Source of the DNA: Pseudolabrys sp.
Lineage (GTDB): Bacteria; Pseudomonadota; Alphaproteobacteria; Rhizobiales; Xanthobacteraceae
Length of the DNA: 64,000 nt
Assembly (NCBI GenBank): GCA_036491675.1
Contig: DASXBN010000106.1
Span: 38,401 to 102,400, forward strand
Direction: 5' to 3'
The translations under genes and the position numbers were made by a program. The notes beneath the pieces were generated by a model, which was not told where the DNA came from, did not search any database, and was given only the letters and a program-made list of their open reading frames with translations. Of the stretch, positions 10,834 through 19,626 are shown piece by piece (position 1 is the first letter of the stretch; each line of letters begins with the position of its first letter).

Positions 10834-11023
10834 GGCTTGCTCCGTCTCGCCTGGCTACTGTTCATCGAGCCTCTCGGTCGATTGTTGTCAATCGACTGCT
10901 GCAAGCGGCGCATCCCCACCCGGTATTTTTCCGAGCCTTTTGATTGCTGATCGTGAGCGCTCCCTGAACGAGCGCATTGATCTCGGTCAACGCTGCCGCA
11001 CTGGCGCAGAAAGCGGTATCGGG

Positions 11024-11338
11024 TTAGCGATTCTGGCTCACGATATAAGCGGTGAGATCGGCAGCCTCGGCGCGCGTGAGGCTCATGTCCGGCATCTTCG
11101 GATGCGGCAGCAGGAGATAGAGCGCGAGCTTGGCGGCATCGAAACCCGGCATCTTGGCCATGGCGGAGAACGGCGCTGCCTGCGTGTTGCCGCTTTTCTG
11201 GTCGGTGGCGACCACATGACAGGCCGCGCACCAGCGCTTGGCGAGCCGTTCGCCATTCGCCACGTCGGCGGCGACCGCCGCGTGCGAGAATGATGCGACG
11301 GCGATGAGCAACGACAGTCCGGAAATTATTCCACGCAT
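11024..11338 (-). CDS. class I monoheme cytochrome c
   Basis: 104-aa ORF with a signal peptide, a single CAACH motif and a candidate distal Met in PHPKMPDM. Confidence 0.85.
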   Translation of the reverse strand: MRGIISGLSLLIAVASFSHAAVAADVANGERLAKRWCAACHVVATDQKSGNTQAAPFSAMAKMPGFDAAKLALYLLLPHPKMPDMSLTRAEAADLTAYIVSQNR

Positions 11339-11392
11339 GAGCGGCCGCCTCGTTGAGCAAAATACATATTAGCAGGAAATGCTATCGGCGCT

Positions 11393-11406
11393 GTGACCTA
11401 GATCAA
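11393..11406 (-). promoter_or_regulatory. FixK/FNR-type box (TTGAT-N4-GTCAC)
   Basis: The minus strand reads TTGATctagGTCAC, then 21 nt, then TAATAT, then 27 nt to the cytochrome c ATG at 11338. There is one mismatch to TTGAT-N4-ATCAA/GTCAA. Confidence 0.4.
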
Positions 11407-11414
11407 GGGTGACG

Positions 11415-12830
11415 TCAGCGGCCGGCCGCGGCGCGAATTTGGGCGCGCTCGTCGCCGGCGTTGGGCGGCCGTTCGAGCATAGCCATGAAGCGATCCGCCC
11501 AATGGGAGATGTCGTTCGCCACCAGCACCTTGAAATTGGCCGCCTGGCGCTGACGCCGTTCCTCCAGTGGCATCGCCAGCGCGCGGTTGATGGCGATTGC
11601 AACGCCTTCCGGATCGTATGGATTGACCAACAGCGCGGCGGCGCATTCGTGCGCCGCGCCGGCAAAGCGCGACAGGATCAGCACGCCCGGGTCGTCCGCA
11701 TTCTGCGCCGCGACGAATTCCTTGGCCACCAAGTTCATGCCGTCGCGCAGCGGCGTGACAAGCCCAGCGCGCGCGGCGCGGTAAAGGCCGGCCAGCGCGG
11801 TGCGGCTGTGCGCCTTGTTGATGTAGCGCAGCGGCGTCCATGACGCCTCGCCATAAGTGCCGTTGATGCGGCCCACCGCCTCGCCCACCAGCCGCCCAAT
11901 GTCGGTATATTCCGGAATGTCGGTGCGGCTGCGCGGCGTGATCTGCAGATAGGTGACCTTGCCGCGCCAGTCCGGAAAATTGGCGAGGAAGCGCTCGAAC
12001 GCACTCATCCGTTCGGGGATGCCCTTGGTATAATCGAGCCGGTCGACGCCGATGATCATGGCGCGGCCCGACAGACTCTCGAGAACCTCGCGCACGAATT
12101 CCGTCTCGATGGCGCGGCGCGCCAGCCGCGCGAAGGTTTCCGTCTCGACGCCGACTGGGAACGTTCCGATCTGAACGACGCGATTGCCGTAGTGGAAGGC
12201 GTTGCCGCCGGCCCAGGGCAGACCGCATTCGTTGGCGATGTAACGGGAGAAATTGGCTGCGTCGACCTCGGTTTGAAACCCGATGAGATCATAATGGCAC
12301 AGCGCCGGAATCAACTGGTCGTGGTTCGGCAAGGCGGTAACGATTTCCGGCGGCGGGAATGGGACATGGATAAAAAATCCGATTCTGTTGATGTGACCGC
12401 GCTCGCGCAGCGCCTGCGCCAGCGGCATCAAATGATAGTCGTGCACCCAGACGACGTCGTCGGGCCTGAGCAGCGTCTCCAGATGCCGGGCGAAGAATTC
12501 GATGACGCGGAAATAGCCGCCTAGATCGCGGCGCGTGAATTCGGCCAGGTCGAGTCGATAGTGCAGGATCGGCCACAGCACGCGATTGGCAAAGCCGTTG
12601 TAGAACTCTTCATAATCGTCCTTCCGCAGATCGATCGTCGCGTAGCAAGTCTTGTCGCTCTCGACGATCCTGGCCGGGCCCGGATCGTTATCGGTGGCAC
12701 GTCCGCTCCAGCCGAACCACAGGCCGCCGCGCCGCCGCAGTGTCGGGCGGATAGCGACCTCCAGCCCCCCGGCGCGCGTGCTGCGATCGGGAACGCCAAC
12801 TCTGTTCGAGACTACGACGAGCCGCGCCAA
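11415..12830 (-). CDS. otsA: alpha,alpha-trehalose-phosphate synthase
   Basis: 471-aa ORF of the GT20 OtsA family (MARLVVVSNRVG..., GGLWFGWSG, VWVHDYHLMPL) with a TTG start. Confidence 0.93.
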   Translation of the reverse strand: MARLVVVSNRVGVPDRSTRAGGLEVAIRPTLRRRGGLWFGWSGRATDNDPGPARIVESDKTCYATIDLRKDDYEEFYNGFANRVLWPILHYRLDLAEFTRRDLGGYFRVIEFFARHLETLLRPDDVVWVHDYHLMPLAQALRERGHINRIGFFIHVPFPPPEIVTALPNHDQLIPALCHYDLIGFQTEVDAANFSRYIANECGLPWAGGNAFHYGNRVVQIGTFPVGVETETFARLARRAIETEFVREVLESLSGRAMIIGVDRLDYTKGIPERMSAFERFLANFPDWRGKVTYLQITPRSRTDIPEYTDIGRLVGEAVGRINGTYGEASWTPLRYINKAHSRTALAGLYRAARAGLVTPLRDGMNLVAKEFVAAQNADDPGVLILSRFAGAAHECAAALLVNPYDPEGVAIAINRALAMPLEERRQRQAANFKVLVANDISHWADRFMAMLERPPNAGDERAQIRAAAGR

Positions 12831-14608
12831 TACCGGTCTCCCCAGCTTCGCGACAACTTGATCGCGGTCAATATTAATCCCGACATCGAATAGGTTTGTG
12901 GAAAATTACCCCACAATTTTCCGGTCACCGGGTGCACGTCTTCCGACAGTAGCCCGTATCTGTTGCGCAGCTTGAGAGCGTCGACGAACATTTCTTTTGC
13001 CTCGTCGCGGCGGCCCGTCTCCCACAATGCGTCGATCAGCCAGAAGCGGCAAATCAAAAAGGCGGTCTCCGGCAGGCCGAAATCGTCGGCAGCCACGTAT
13101 CTCATAACGTGGAAGTCGCGCCTTAGTTCACGTGCTATCTCATTGACGGTAGATACGAATCGCGGATCGTTCGGCGCGATCAAGCCGAGTTCGGCCAACA
13201 GCAGGCAACTGGCGTCGAGATCGTCGCTGCCGAACGCCGCCGAGAACGCTTTGCGTTTCTCGCTCCAACCCTGGCGCAATACCTTTTCACCAATGCCGCT
13301 GGCAACGCCGTGCCAATATTGCGCCCGATCGGCAAGACCGAGATGGGCCGCGATCGCCTCCAGCCGCGCACAGCCGGCCCAGCACATCGCCGCCGAATAA
13401 GTGTGCACGCGCTTGCGCCCGCGATATTCCCAGATGCCGGCGTCCGGTTCGAGCGCGAGCCGCGCCGCTTGCTCGCCGAGCGGCTCGAGTACTTTGAACA
13501 GCGCGACATCGCCGGGTACGGGCAAGCGGCGGTCGAAGAATATTGGAGTCGCCGCCATGATGATGCTGCCGTAGACGTCGTGCTGATCCTGATGCACTGC
13601 GGCATTGCCAATGCGCACCGGCCCGTCGCCGTTGAAGCCGGCAAGTGCCGTCGCCGTGCGCTCCTCCATCGTATCGGTGTGCACCACGCCATAGAGCGGC
13701 TTGATCCCGCCAGCGCGGCCGGCGGCGACGCTCAGGATATAGGAGATGAATTCCTCCATCGTGCGCGTCGCGCCGATGCGGTTGAGCGCGCGCACCACGA
13801 AAAAGGCATCGCGCATCCAGCAGTAGCGATAATCCCAGTTGCGCCCCGACCCCGGCCCCTCCGGGATCGAGGTAGTGAGCGCCGCCACGATTGCGCCGGT
13901 CTCTTCGAAGGTCGAAAGCTTGAGCGTGATGCCGGCGCGGATGATCTCGTCCTGCCAATCGTTCGAGAAGGCTAGCCTGCGCACCCATTCCAACCAGTAA
14001 TCGCGCGTGCGCTCGTGGAAATCGCGGCAGGTGGCCTCGATCGAGCCTATGAACGGTTCGTCGGTGCCGAACACCATATGCAGCGAGCGCGTGACCACGA
14101 ACGACGCCTCGTTCTCGACATAGGAGAGCGGCGCGTCGGTGGTGAGCCGCACCGGCACCTCGTCCCGCCAATAGCGGATGTGATTGCTGCCCGAAGCTCG
14201 CTCGCTCACCGGCACGCCGTAGCGATGGGTGGCGCGGAATCGGATCGTAATGCGCGGCATGCCGGCGATCGGTTCGATGATGCGCACCAGCTGCGGCGGA
14301 CGAAAGATGCGGCCGAAGTTGGGGAAGCGCGGCGCGAAATCGGTGATGCGAACCGCGCCGCCATTGCCGTCGACGAGCTCGGTCACCACGATCGCGGTGT
14401 TGCGCATGTAGGCCGAGCGGTTCTCGACCTGCCCGTCGAGCACCACGTCAGTAAAGCCTTTGTCCTCGTTACCGGCGAGCAGCCGGCAGAACACCGGATC
14501 GCCGTCATAGCGCGGCAAGCACCACCACACGATGCGCCCGGACGGCTCGACCAACGCGGCCGTGCGACCGTTGCCGATGATCGCCAGATCGAGCGTGGCC
14601 TCGGTCAT
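12812..14608 (-). CDS. glycoside hydrolase family 15 (glucoamylase/trehalase-type)
   Basis: 598-aa ORF with GH15-like (alpha/alpha)6 region motifs (WDYRYCWMRDA, NFPQTYSMSG). It overlaps otsA by 19 nt and has an ATGA overlap with the otsB stop. Confidence 0.9.
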   Translation of the reverse strand: MTEATLDLAIIGNGRTAALVEPSGRIVWWCLPRYDGDPVFCRLLAGNEDKGFTDVVLDGQVENRSAYMRNTAIVVTELVDGNGGAVRITDFAPRFPNFGRIFRPPQLVRIIEPIAGMPRITIRFRATHRYGVPVSERASGSNHIRYWRDEVPVRLTTDAPLSYVENEASFVVTRSLHMVFGTDEPFIGSIEATCRDFHERTRDYWLEWVRRLAFSNDWQDEIIRAGITLKLSTFEETGAIVAALTTSIPEGPGSGRNWDYRYCWMRDAFFVVRALNRIGATRTMEEFISYILSVAAGRAGGIKPLYGVVHTDTMEERTATALAGFNGDGPVRIGNAAVHQDQHDVYGSIIMAATPIFFDRRLPVPGDVALFKVLEPLGEQAARLALEPDAGIWEYRGRKRVHTYSAAMCWAGCARLEAIAAHLGLADRAQYWHGVASGIGEKVLRQGWSEKRKAFSAAFGSDDLDASCLLLAELGLIAPNDPRFVSTVNEIARELRRDFHVMRYVAADDFGLPETAFLICRFWLIDALWETGRRDEAKEMFVDALKLRNRYGLLSEDVHPVTGKLWGNFPQTYSMSGLILTAIKLSRSWGDRYWRGSS

Positions 14609-15381
14609 GAGCGGTGCGCCTTGGACGCCAGCCGCTGCAAGGCCCGGCGCACGTCGAGCGGCGATTCGAATATTCCGGCAAGCCCGGAAAAATGCCGGCC
14701 GACCGAGAACCCCTTGCCCTTTAAGTCCGCCAACACGGCAAAAACCGATTCATCGGTGACATCGTCGCCGATGAACACCGGCATGCGGCCCGCGAACGGC
14801 GGATGCCTCATCAGATCGCGCACGCCGTCGCCCTTATTGACGTTCGGCCGCTTCACTTCGAGCATCGCCTTGCCCGGCAGGACTTCGGTCGGCTCGGCCG
14901 GAAACGCCGCGCGAGCGGCCGCGATGTGCGAGCGCACGCGGTCTTCGTGCTGCGGCGCTTTGCGGTAATGCAACGCAATCGAATAGCCCTTGTCTTCGGC
15001 GATGATACCGGAGCCGGACGTCGCCGCCTCGGCGAGGTGCCGGCGCAGATCCTGCGGTAGCGGCGCCGCCGATCGGATCGCGTCACCGCCGCGCAGGCGC
15101 CGTTCGGCGCCGTGGCCGCCGACCGCCGGCAACTCAAGCGGGGCAAATAGTCTATCGAGATCGCGGATCGGACGTCCGCTCACCAAGGCCAGCGCGCCAC
15201 CGGTTGCCCGCAACAGGCGCGCAAGCCAATCCCGCAGTTCGTCGGAGACGTGCACTTCGTGCGGCGACGGCGCTAAATCGATCAGCGTGCCGTCCACATC
15301 GAGCAACAGCGCGATCGATTTGGCATCGAACTCGGCGAAAATATCGATCGCTGCGGCATTCGCAATCGGTTGCGTCACCAT
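14605..15381 (-). CDS. otsB: trehalose-phosphatase
   Basis: HAD motif LLLDVDGTL plus the FIGDDVTDE block. ATG 15381 is preferred because the track start TTG 15393 lies inside the putative -10 CGTT. Confidence 0.88.
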   Translation of the reverse strand: MVTQPIANAAAIDIFAEFDAKSIALLLDVDGTLIDLAPSPHEVHVSDELRDWLARLLRATGGALALVSGRPIRDLDRLFAPLELPAVGGHGAERRLRGGDAIRSAAPLPQDLRRHLAEAATSGSGIIAEDKGYSIALHYRKAPQHEDRVRSHIAAARAAFPAEPTEVLPGKAMLEVKRPNVNKGDGVRDLMRHPPFAGRMPVFIGDDVTDESVFAVLADLKGKGFSVGRHFSGLAGIFESPLDVRRALQRLASKAHRS

Positions 15382-15391
15382 AATATGTACC

Positions 15392-15417
15392 AACGACCGA
15401 ATTCGCGGGTTAGTTCC
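15392..15417 (-). promoter_or_regulatory. EcfG-type (general stress sigma) promoter GGAAC-N17-CGTT
   Basis: The minus strand has GGAAC (15417-15413), a 17-nt spacer, then CGTT (15395-15392), immediately upstream of otsB. Confidence 0.45.
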
Positions 15418-15422
15418 CGCAG

Positions 15423-16463
15423 TTATTGCGCCAGCACCTCGACATCGCCGTCGACGCCGGTGACGACTTTGAATTCGCGCTCGTAGACCCGGCTCTCGTT
15501 GCGCGCGATGGCGCGATATTCGCCTTCCGCCAGGATCACGCGTGGAAAGGCGCCGATCGATTCCTTGATCACGTCGCCACCGGGCGTGAGCACCGACCAG
15601 GCGGTGTTGGCGAGCGCCTCGCCGCCCTTCTCACTCACCAGCTTGAGCGTGATAGCGGCGGCGCGGTGGGTGACGGTGATGTCGGTGAGCTTGGCCGCCT
15701 GCACGCGGATGTCGGAGCGCACCACCGAATTGGCGTCGCCGTAATTCGACACGACGTAATAGGTCCCCTCGGGGACCACCACCACATTGCCGGTCATCAC
15801 GTGTTCGGCGATCGGCCGGCGGTCGCCCGGCTCGAACTGGCTGCCTTTGTAGACGTCGAACGAAACCTGTCCGGCCGGAATGCGCGCGTCGCCGACCCGG
15901 CCTTCCAGGCGCAGCGCGCCGGCCGGAAGATCGAAGTCCTCGCGCAGGTTCGGTCCGTTCAAGGTGATCGGTTTGACCGCGGTGGCGAGCCCGAATCCGA
16001 CATGCACGACATAGCTGCCTGCCGGCAGCACCAACGTCGGCGCCGGAGATTTGTCTTCCTTGACCAGCTGGAAATTGCCGGTGCTGTCTTTCGTGGTTGA
16101 ATAGACGCGCCAGGTCAGCCCGCCGTCGATCGGCGGAAGGTTCTTGCCGAAGTGCGCCGAGAGCGCGATTGCCACCTGCCCGGCCGGCACCGCCGGCATG
16201 ACGTTCGGCGCGGCCGATGCATTCGCGCGCGATTTGGCCGGCGGCCATTCCGATTGCGGCGGCGCCAGCACACCGCCCGGCCCGAACGGCTCACTGCGGG
16301 TGGCCGAGCCCGGCGCGATCGTTCCGCCCGACAGCCCCGACGACAACAAGGAATTCTGCCCGCCCTCCTGCGCCGTTGCCGCTTGCGGTACGAGCAAGGG
16401 CAGGACGATCGCAAGTGCCGGCCACAGCCGGCCGCAAGGGATGAATCCTGGTGCAGTAGTCAT
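15423..16463 (-). CDS. secreted hypothetical protein
   Basis: The ORF runs 15423-16523. ATG 16463 gives a signal-like N-terminus MTTAPGFIPCGRLWPALAIVLPLLVPQAATAQ. No domain is recognised. Confidence 0.7.
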   Translation of the reverse strand: MTTAPGFIPCGRLWPALAIVLPLLVPQAATAQEGGQNSLLSSGLSGGTIAPGSATRSEPFGPGGVLAPPQSEWPPAKSRANASAAPNVMPAVPAGQVAIALSAHFGKNLPPIDGGLTWRVYSTTKDSTGNFQLVKEDKSPAPTLVLPAGSYVVHVGFGLATAVKPITLNGPNLREDFDLPAGALRLEGRVGDARIPAGQVSFDVYKGSQFEPGDRRPIAEHVMTGNVVVVPEGTYYVVSNYGDANSVVRSDIRVQAAKLTDITVTHRAAAITLKLVSEKGGEALANTAWSVLTPGGDVIKESIGAFPRVILAEGEYRAIARNESRVYEREFKVVTGVDGDVEVLAQ

Positions 16464-16563
16464 GACACGGTCGTTTTCGGCCCAAATCGCGGCGATTTCA
16501 AGCCTGTAGGGCCGGTTTGTCACCCTGAAAGCGCTATGCTAGGCGCAACCGCTCTATTGCACA

Positions 16564-16635
16564 CGCGTGATCTAAGCCGAAAACCGGTGCCCATCCCCGA
16601 TCAGGGTCGAGAACAAGCTTTTCGGAATCTTGCGC
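16564..16635. repeat. diverged copy of a palindromic intergenic (REP-like) element
   Basis: CGCGTGATC-taag-CCGAAAA-CCGGTGCCCAT-[24-nt insert]-TTTTCGG-AATCTTGCGC has the same architecture as the element at 24758-24806, in the opposite orientation. Confidence 0.4.
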
Positions 16636-16647
16636 CAAGAGGTGTAA

Positions 16648-17217
16648 ATGCCCGACGCCCTGCAGCTGCTTAAGACCCGCCGCTCGATCAAGCCGATTGA
16701 ATTGGCCGGCCCCGGCCCGGGCAAACCGGAAGTCGACACCCTGCTCGCGGTCGCCTCGCGGGTGCCCGACCACGGCAAGCTCGCGCCCTGGCGCTTCATC
16801 GTATTCGAGGGCGACGCGCGCTTGGCCGCCGGCGAGGCGATCGCCGCCGCGTTTATCGCCGACCGCGCCGATGCAACGCCCGAGCAGATCGACTTCGAGC
16901 GCAAGCGGCTGGCGCGCGCGCCGCTGGTGATCGCGGTGGTCAGCCGCGCTGGCCCTCACGTCAAGATTCCGGAATGGGAGCAGCAGTTGTCGGCCGGCGC
17001 CTCGGCCATGAGCCTGGTGCTGGCCGCCCATGCCATGGGCTACGCTGCGAGCTGGATCACCGAGTGGTACGCCTATGATCGGCGCGTGCTGGACAGGCTC
17101 GGCATCGGACCGAATGAGCGTATTGCCGGCTTCGTCCACATCGGCCGCCCGGCCAAACCGCCCGAGGAGCGCGAGCGGCCGAACCTCGATAGCATCGTCA
17201 GCTATTTCAGAAGCTGA
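16648..17217 (+). CDS. nitroreductase family protein
   Basis: 189-aa ORF with the nitroreductase-fold N-terminus LLKTRRSIKP and PDHGKLAPWRFIVF. Confidence 0.88.
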   Translation: MPDALQLLKTRRSIKPIELAGPGPGKPEVDTLLAVASRVPDHGKLAPWRFIVFEGDARLAAGEAIAAAFIADRADATPEQIDFERKRLARAPLVIAVVSRAGPHVKIPEWEQQLSAGASAMSLVLAAHAMGYAASWITEWYAYDRRVLDRLGIGPNERIAGFVHIGRPAKPPEERERPNLDSIVSYFRS

Positions 17218-17224
17218 GGAACTG

Positions 17225-17830
17225 ATGTTCTACGAACCTGACAAACGCGATAAGCGCATCCTTCCGCACGATCCGTTCAAGGCCATCGTGGCGCCGCGCC
17301 CGATCGGCTGGATCACCTCGATGAGCGCTAAGGGCGAGATCAATCTCGCGCCCTATTCTTATTTCAACGGCATTAACAGCCGGGCCAATTTGTTGATGTT
17401 CGCAAGCGAAGGGCGCAAGGATTCCGTGAGCTTCATCGAGGAGACCGGCGAGTTCGTCTGCAACCTCGCCACCTGGGATTTGCGCGAGGCCATGAACGCC
17501 ACCTCGGCGCCGCTGCCGCGCGGCGTCAATGAGATGGAGCGGGCCGGCCTGGAGCCTGCGCCATCGCGACTGGTGAAGCCGCCGCGCGTGAAGGGCTCGC
17601 CTTGCGCGTTTGAATGCAAGCGCATCAAGATCGTGTCGATGGAGGATGTCGACGGCAGGCCGGTCGATTGCCATGTCGTGTTCGGCCAAGTCGTCGGCGT
17701 GCATATCGACGACCGCTTCATTGTCGACGGCCGGCTCGACACCGCCGCCATGCGGCCGATCGCCCGCTGCGGCTACGATGAATACGCCACAGTCGAAAGC
17801 GTTTTTGCGATGCAGCGTCCGGTGAACTAA
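17225..17830 (+). CDS. flavin reductase family protein
   Basis: ATG 17225 lies within ORF 17030-17830. MFYEPDKR...FKAIVAPRPIGWITS...NLAPYSYFN is typical of the FMN-binding split-barrel flavin reductase domain. Confidence 0.88.
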   Translation: MFYEPDKRDKRILPHDPFKAIVAPRPIGWITSMSAKGEINLAPYSYFNGINSRANLLMFASEGRKDSVSFIEETGEFVCNLATWDLREAMNATSAPLPRGVNEMERAGLEPAPSRLVKPPRVKGSPCAFECKRIKIVSMEDVDGRPVDCHVVFGQVVGVHIDDRFIVDGRLDTAAMRPIARCGYDEYATVESVFAMQRPVN

Positions 17831-17988
17831 TTCCGTGCTGGCGCATTTAACCATTATGTAATCACGTAAGCGCACCCTCCCTGTCACGTTTCGGTCACAA
17901 GACTCCGCCAGCAGTTTTCACCCGATCGGGTTGAACGGCTGTCCGGTGGCTAACCCGATCCGAAAATCGGAAGGGCGGGAGAAAAAGA

Positions 17989-19017
17989 TTGGTGTTTGAG
18001 GGTTTATTCGCGCGCGCGCGCAATGGAGACCGCTCGGCGGAAGCCACCTCCACACCATTGCGGCCGGCCACCACGCGGCCGACCATCGGCCTTGCGCTTG
18101 GCGGCGGCGCGGCGCGCGGCTTCGCCCATATCGGTGTGCTGCGGACGCTCGCCGCGCACGGCATCGTGCCCGACGTCATCGTCGGCACTTCGATCGGCGC
18201 GGTGGTCGGCGGCTGCTATGCCGCCCGCGAGCTCGACGGCCTGGAATCCTGGGCGCGCGGCCTCAATGTCCGCAACGTGCTCAGCTACCTCGATATCAGC
18301 CTGTCCGGCGCCGGTCTCATCCGCGGCGGCCACCTCGCCAAGCAGCTCGAAGGCGCGCTGAAAGAATGCCGTATCGACGAGCTGCCAATCCGCTTTGCCG
18401 CCATCGCCACCGAATTCAACACTGGCCATGAAATCTGGCTGACCCGCGGGCGGCTCGCCGAGGCGCTGCGCGCCTCCTACGCGCTGCCGGGGATTTTTCC
18501 GCCGGTGCTGATCGGCGGACGCTGGCTGGTGGACGGCGCCCTGGTCAATCCGGTGCCGGTGTCGGCGGCGCGCGCGCTCGGCGCCCGGCTGGTGATCGCG
18601 GTCAACCTGAATTCCGACCTGTTCGGGCGCGGCACCATCATCGCCAGCCACGGCTCCGACGACGATGACGAGCCCGCGCCGGAAGAGCCCAAGTCAAACG
18701 GGCTGCTTGGGCTGTTCGGCGGCGAGCGCTCGCTGCGCCGGCAATTCCTCGGGCGGCGCGGACGCCCGGGCATTCCGACCGTAATGGTGGAGGCATTCAA
18801 CGTCATGCAGTATCGCATCACCCGCGCCCGCCTGGCCGGCGATCCGCCCGACGTACTGATCAGCCCGCGGCTGGGCGCGGTCGGCTGGTTCGATTTCCCT
18901 CGCGCCGCTGAGGCGATTGCGATCGGCGCCGAGGCGGCGGAAAAGGCTATCGACGCGGTGACCGAAGCGGTCACCGCGCTGTCGCAGCCCTATAACGGCA
19001 ATGGGGTCGCCAAGTAA
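17989..19017 (+). CDS. patatin-like phospholipase
   Basis: Oxyanion box GLALGGGAARG, nucleophile elbow GTSIGA and the catalytic DGA motif (VDGALVNPVP). Confidence 0.9.
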   Translation: MVFEGLFARARNGDRSAEATSTPLRPATTRPTIGLALGGGAARGFAHIGVLRTLAAHGIVPDVIVGTSIGAVVGGCYAARELDGLESWARGLNVRNVLSYLDISLSGAGLIRGGHLAKQLEGALKECRIDELPIRFAAIATEFNTGHEIWLTRGRLAEALRASYALPGIFPPVLIGGRWLVDGALVNPVPVSAARALGARLVIAVNLNSDLFGRGTIIASHGSDDDDEPAPEEPKSNGLLGLFGGERSLRRQFLGRRGRPGIPTVMVEAFNVMQYRITRARLAGDPPDVLISPRLGAVGWFDFPRAAEAIAIGAEAAEKAIDAVTEAVTALSQPYNGNGVAK

Positions 19018-19041
19018 CAAGCAAGTCGCAAGCGATCCGAT

Positions 19042-19473
19042 CTAAGCGCTGCGGATATAATCCCGCATTGCCTCGGACTCCTGCTCGACCTCGCCGACGC
19101 GCTGCTTGACCACGTCGCCGATCGATACCAGGCCGATCAGTTCGCCCTTCGCCAACACCGGCAAGTGACGGAATTTCCCCTCCGTCATCCGTTCCATGAT
19201 GCTGGCGATGGTGTCGTCCTCGGTGCACGTGGCGACGTTGCGCGTCATCACTTGGCCGACGGGCGTCGTCAGCGCGGCGGCGCCCTGCTCGGCGATCGCG
19301 CGCACGATGTCGCGCTCGGACAATATTCCGGCAAGGCGTCCTCCTGCGCCGCGGATCACGACCGCGCCGATACGACGCGCGCCCAGTAAGCGCGCCGCCG
19401 CCGCCAGATCCGCCGTCGGCTCGATGCTGACGATGTCGCCACCCTTAGTGGCGAGGATTGTTTTGACGTTCAT
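19042..19473 (-). CDS. CBS domain-containing protein
   Basis: 143-aa stand-alone CBS pair (MTRNVATCTEDDTIASIMERM..., HLPVLAKGELIGLVSIGDVV). Confidence 0.88.
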   Translation of the reverse strand: MNVKTILATKGGDIVSIEPTADLAAAARLLGARRIGAVVIRGAGGRLAGILSERDIVRAIAEQGAAALTTPVGQVMTRNVATCTEDDTIASIMERMTEGKFRHLPVLAKGELIGLVSIGDVVKQRVGEVEQESEAMRDYIRSA

Positions 19474-19533
19474 GGCAGCCTCCTTGGACCGGGCTGCGGA
19501 TTTGACACCCGCTACGAGTCCCGGGTTCTGACA

Positions 19534-19559
19534 AACGATCCTGCCGTTATCCTGGTTCC
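19534..19559 (-). promoter_or_regulatory. EcfG-type promoter GGAAC-N17-CGTT
   Basis: The minus strand has GGAAC (19559-19555), a 17-nt spacer, then CGTT (19537-19534), about 60 nt upstream of the CBS gene ATG at 19473. Confidence 0.5.
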
Positions 19560-19626
19560 GTCAAGAACAATCAGGGTATAGTGGATACCGCGCGATCACA
19601 TTGCTTAACGCCGCGTTGCAATAAAT

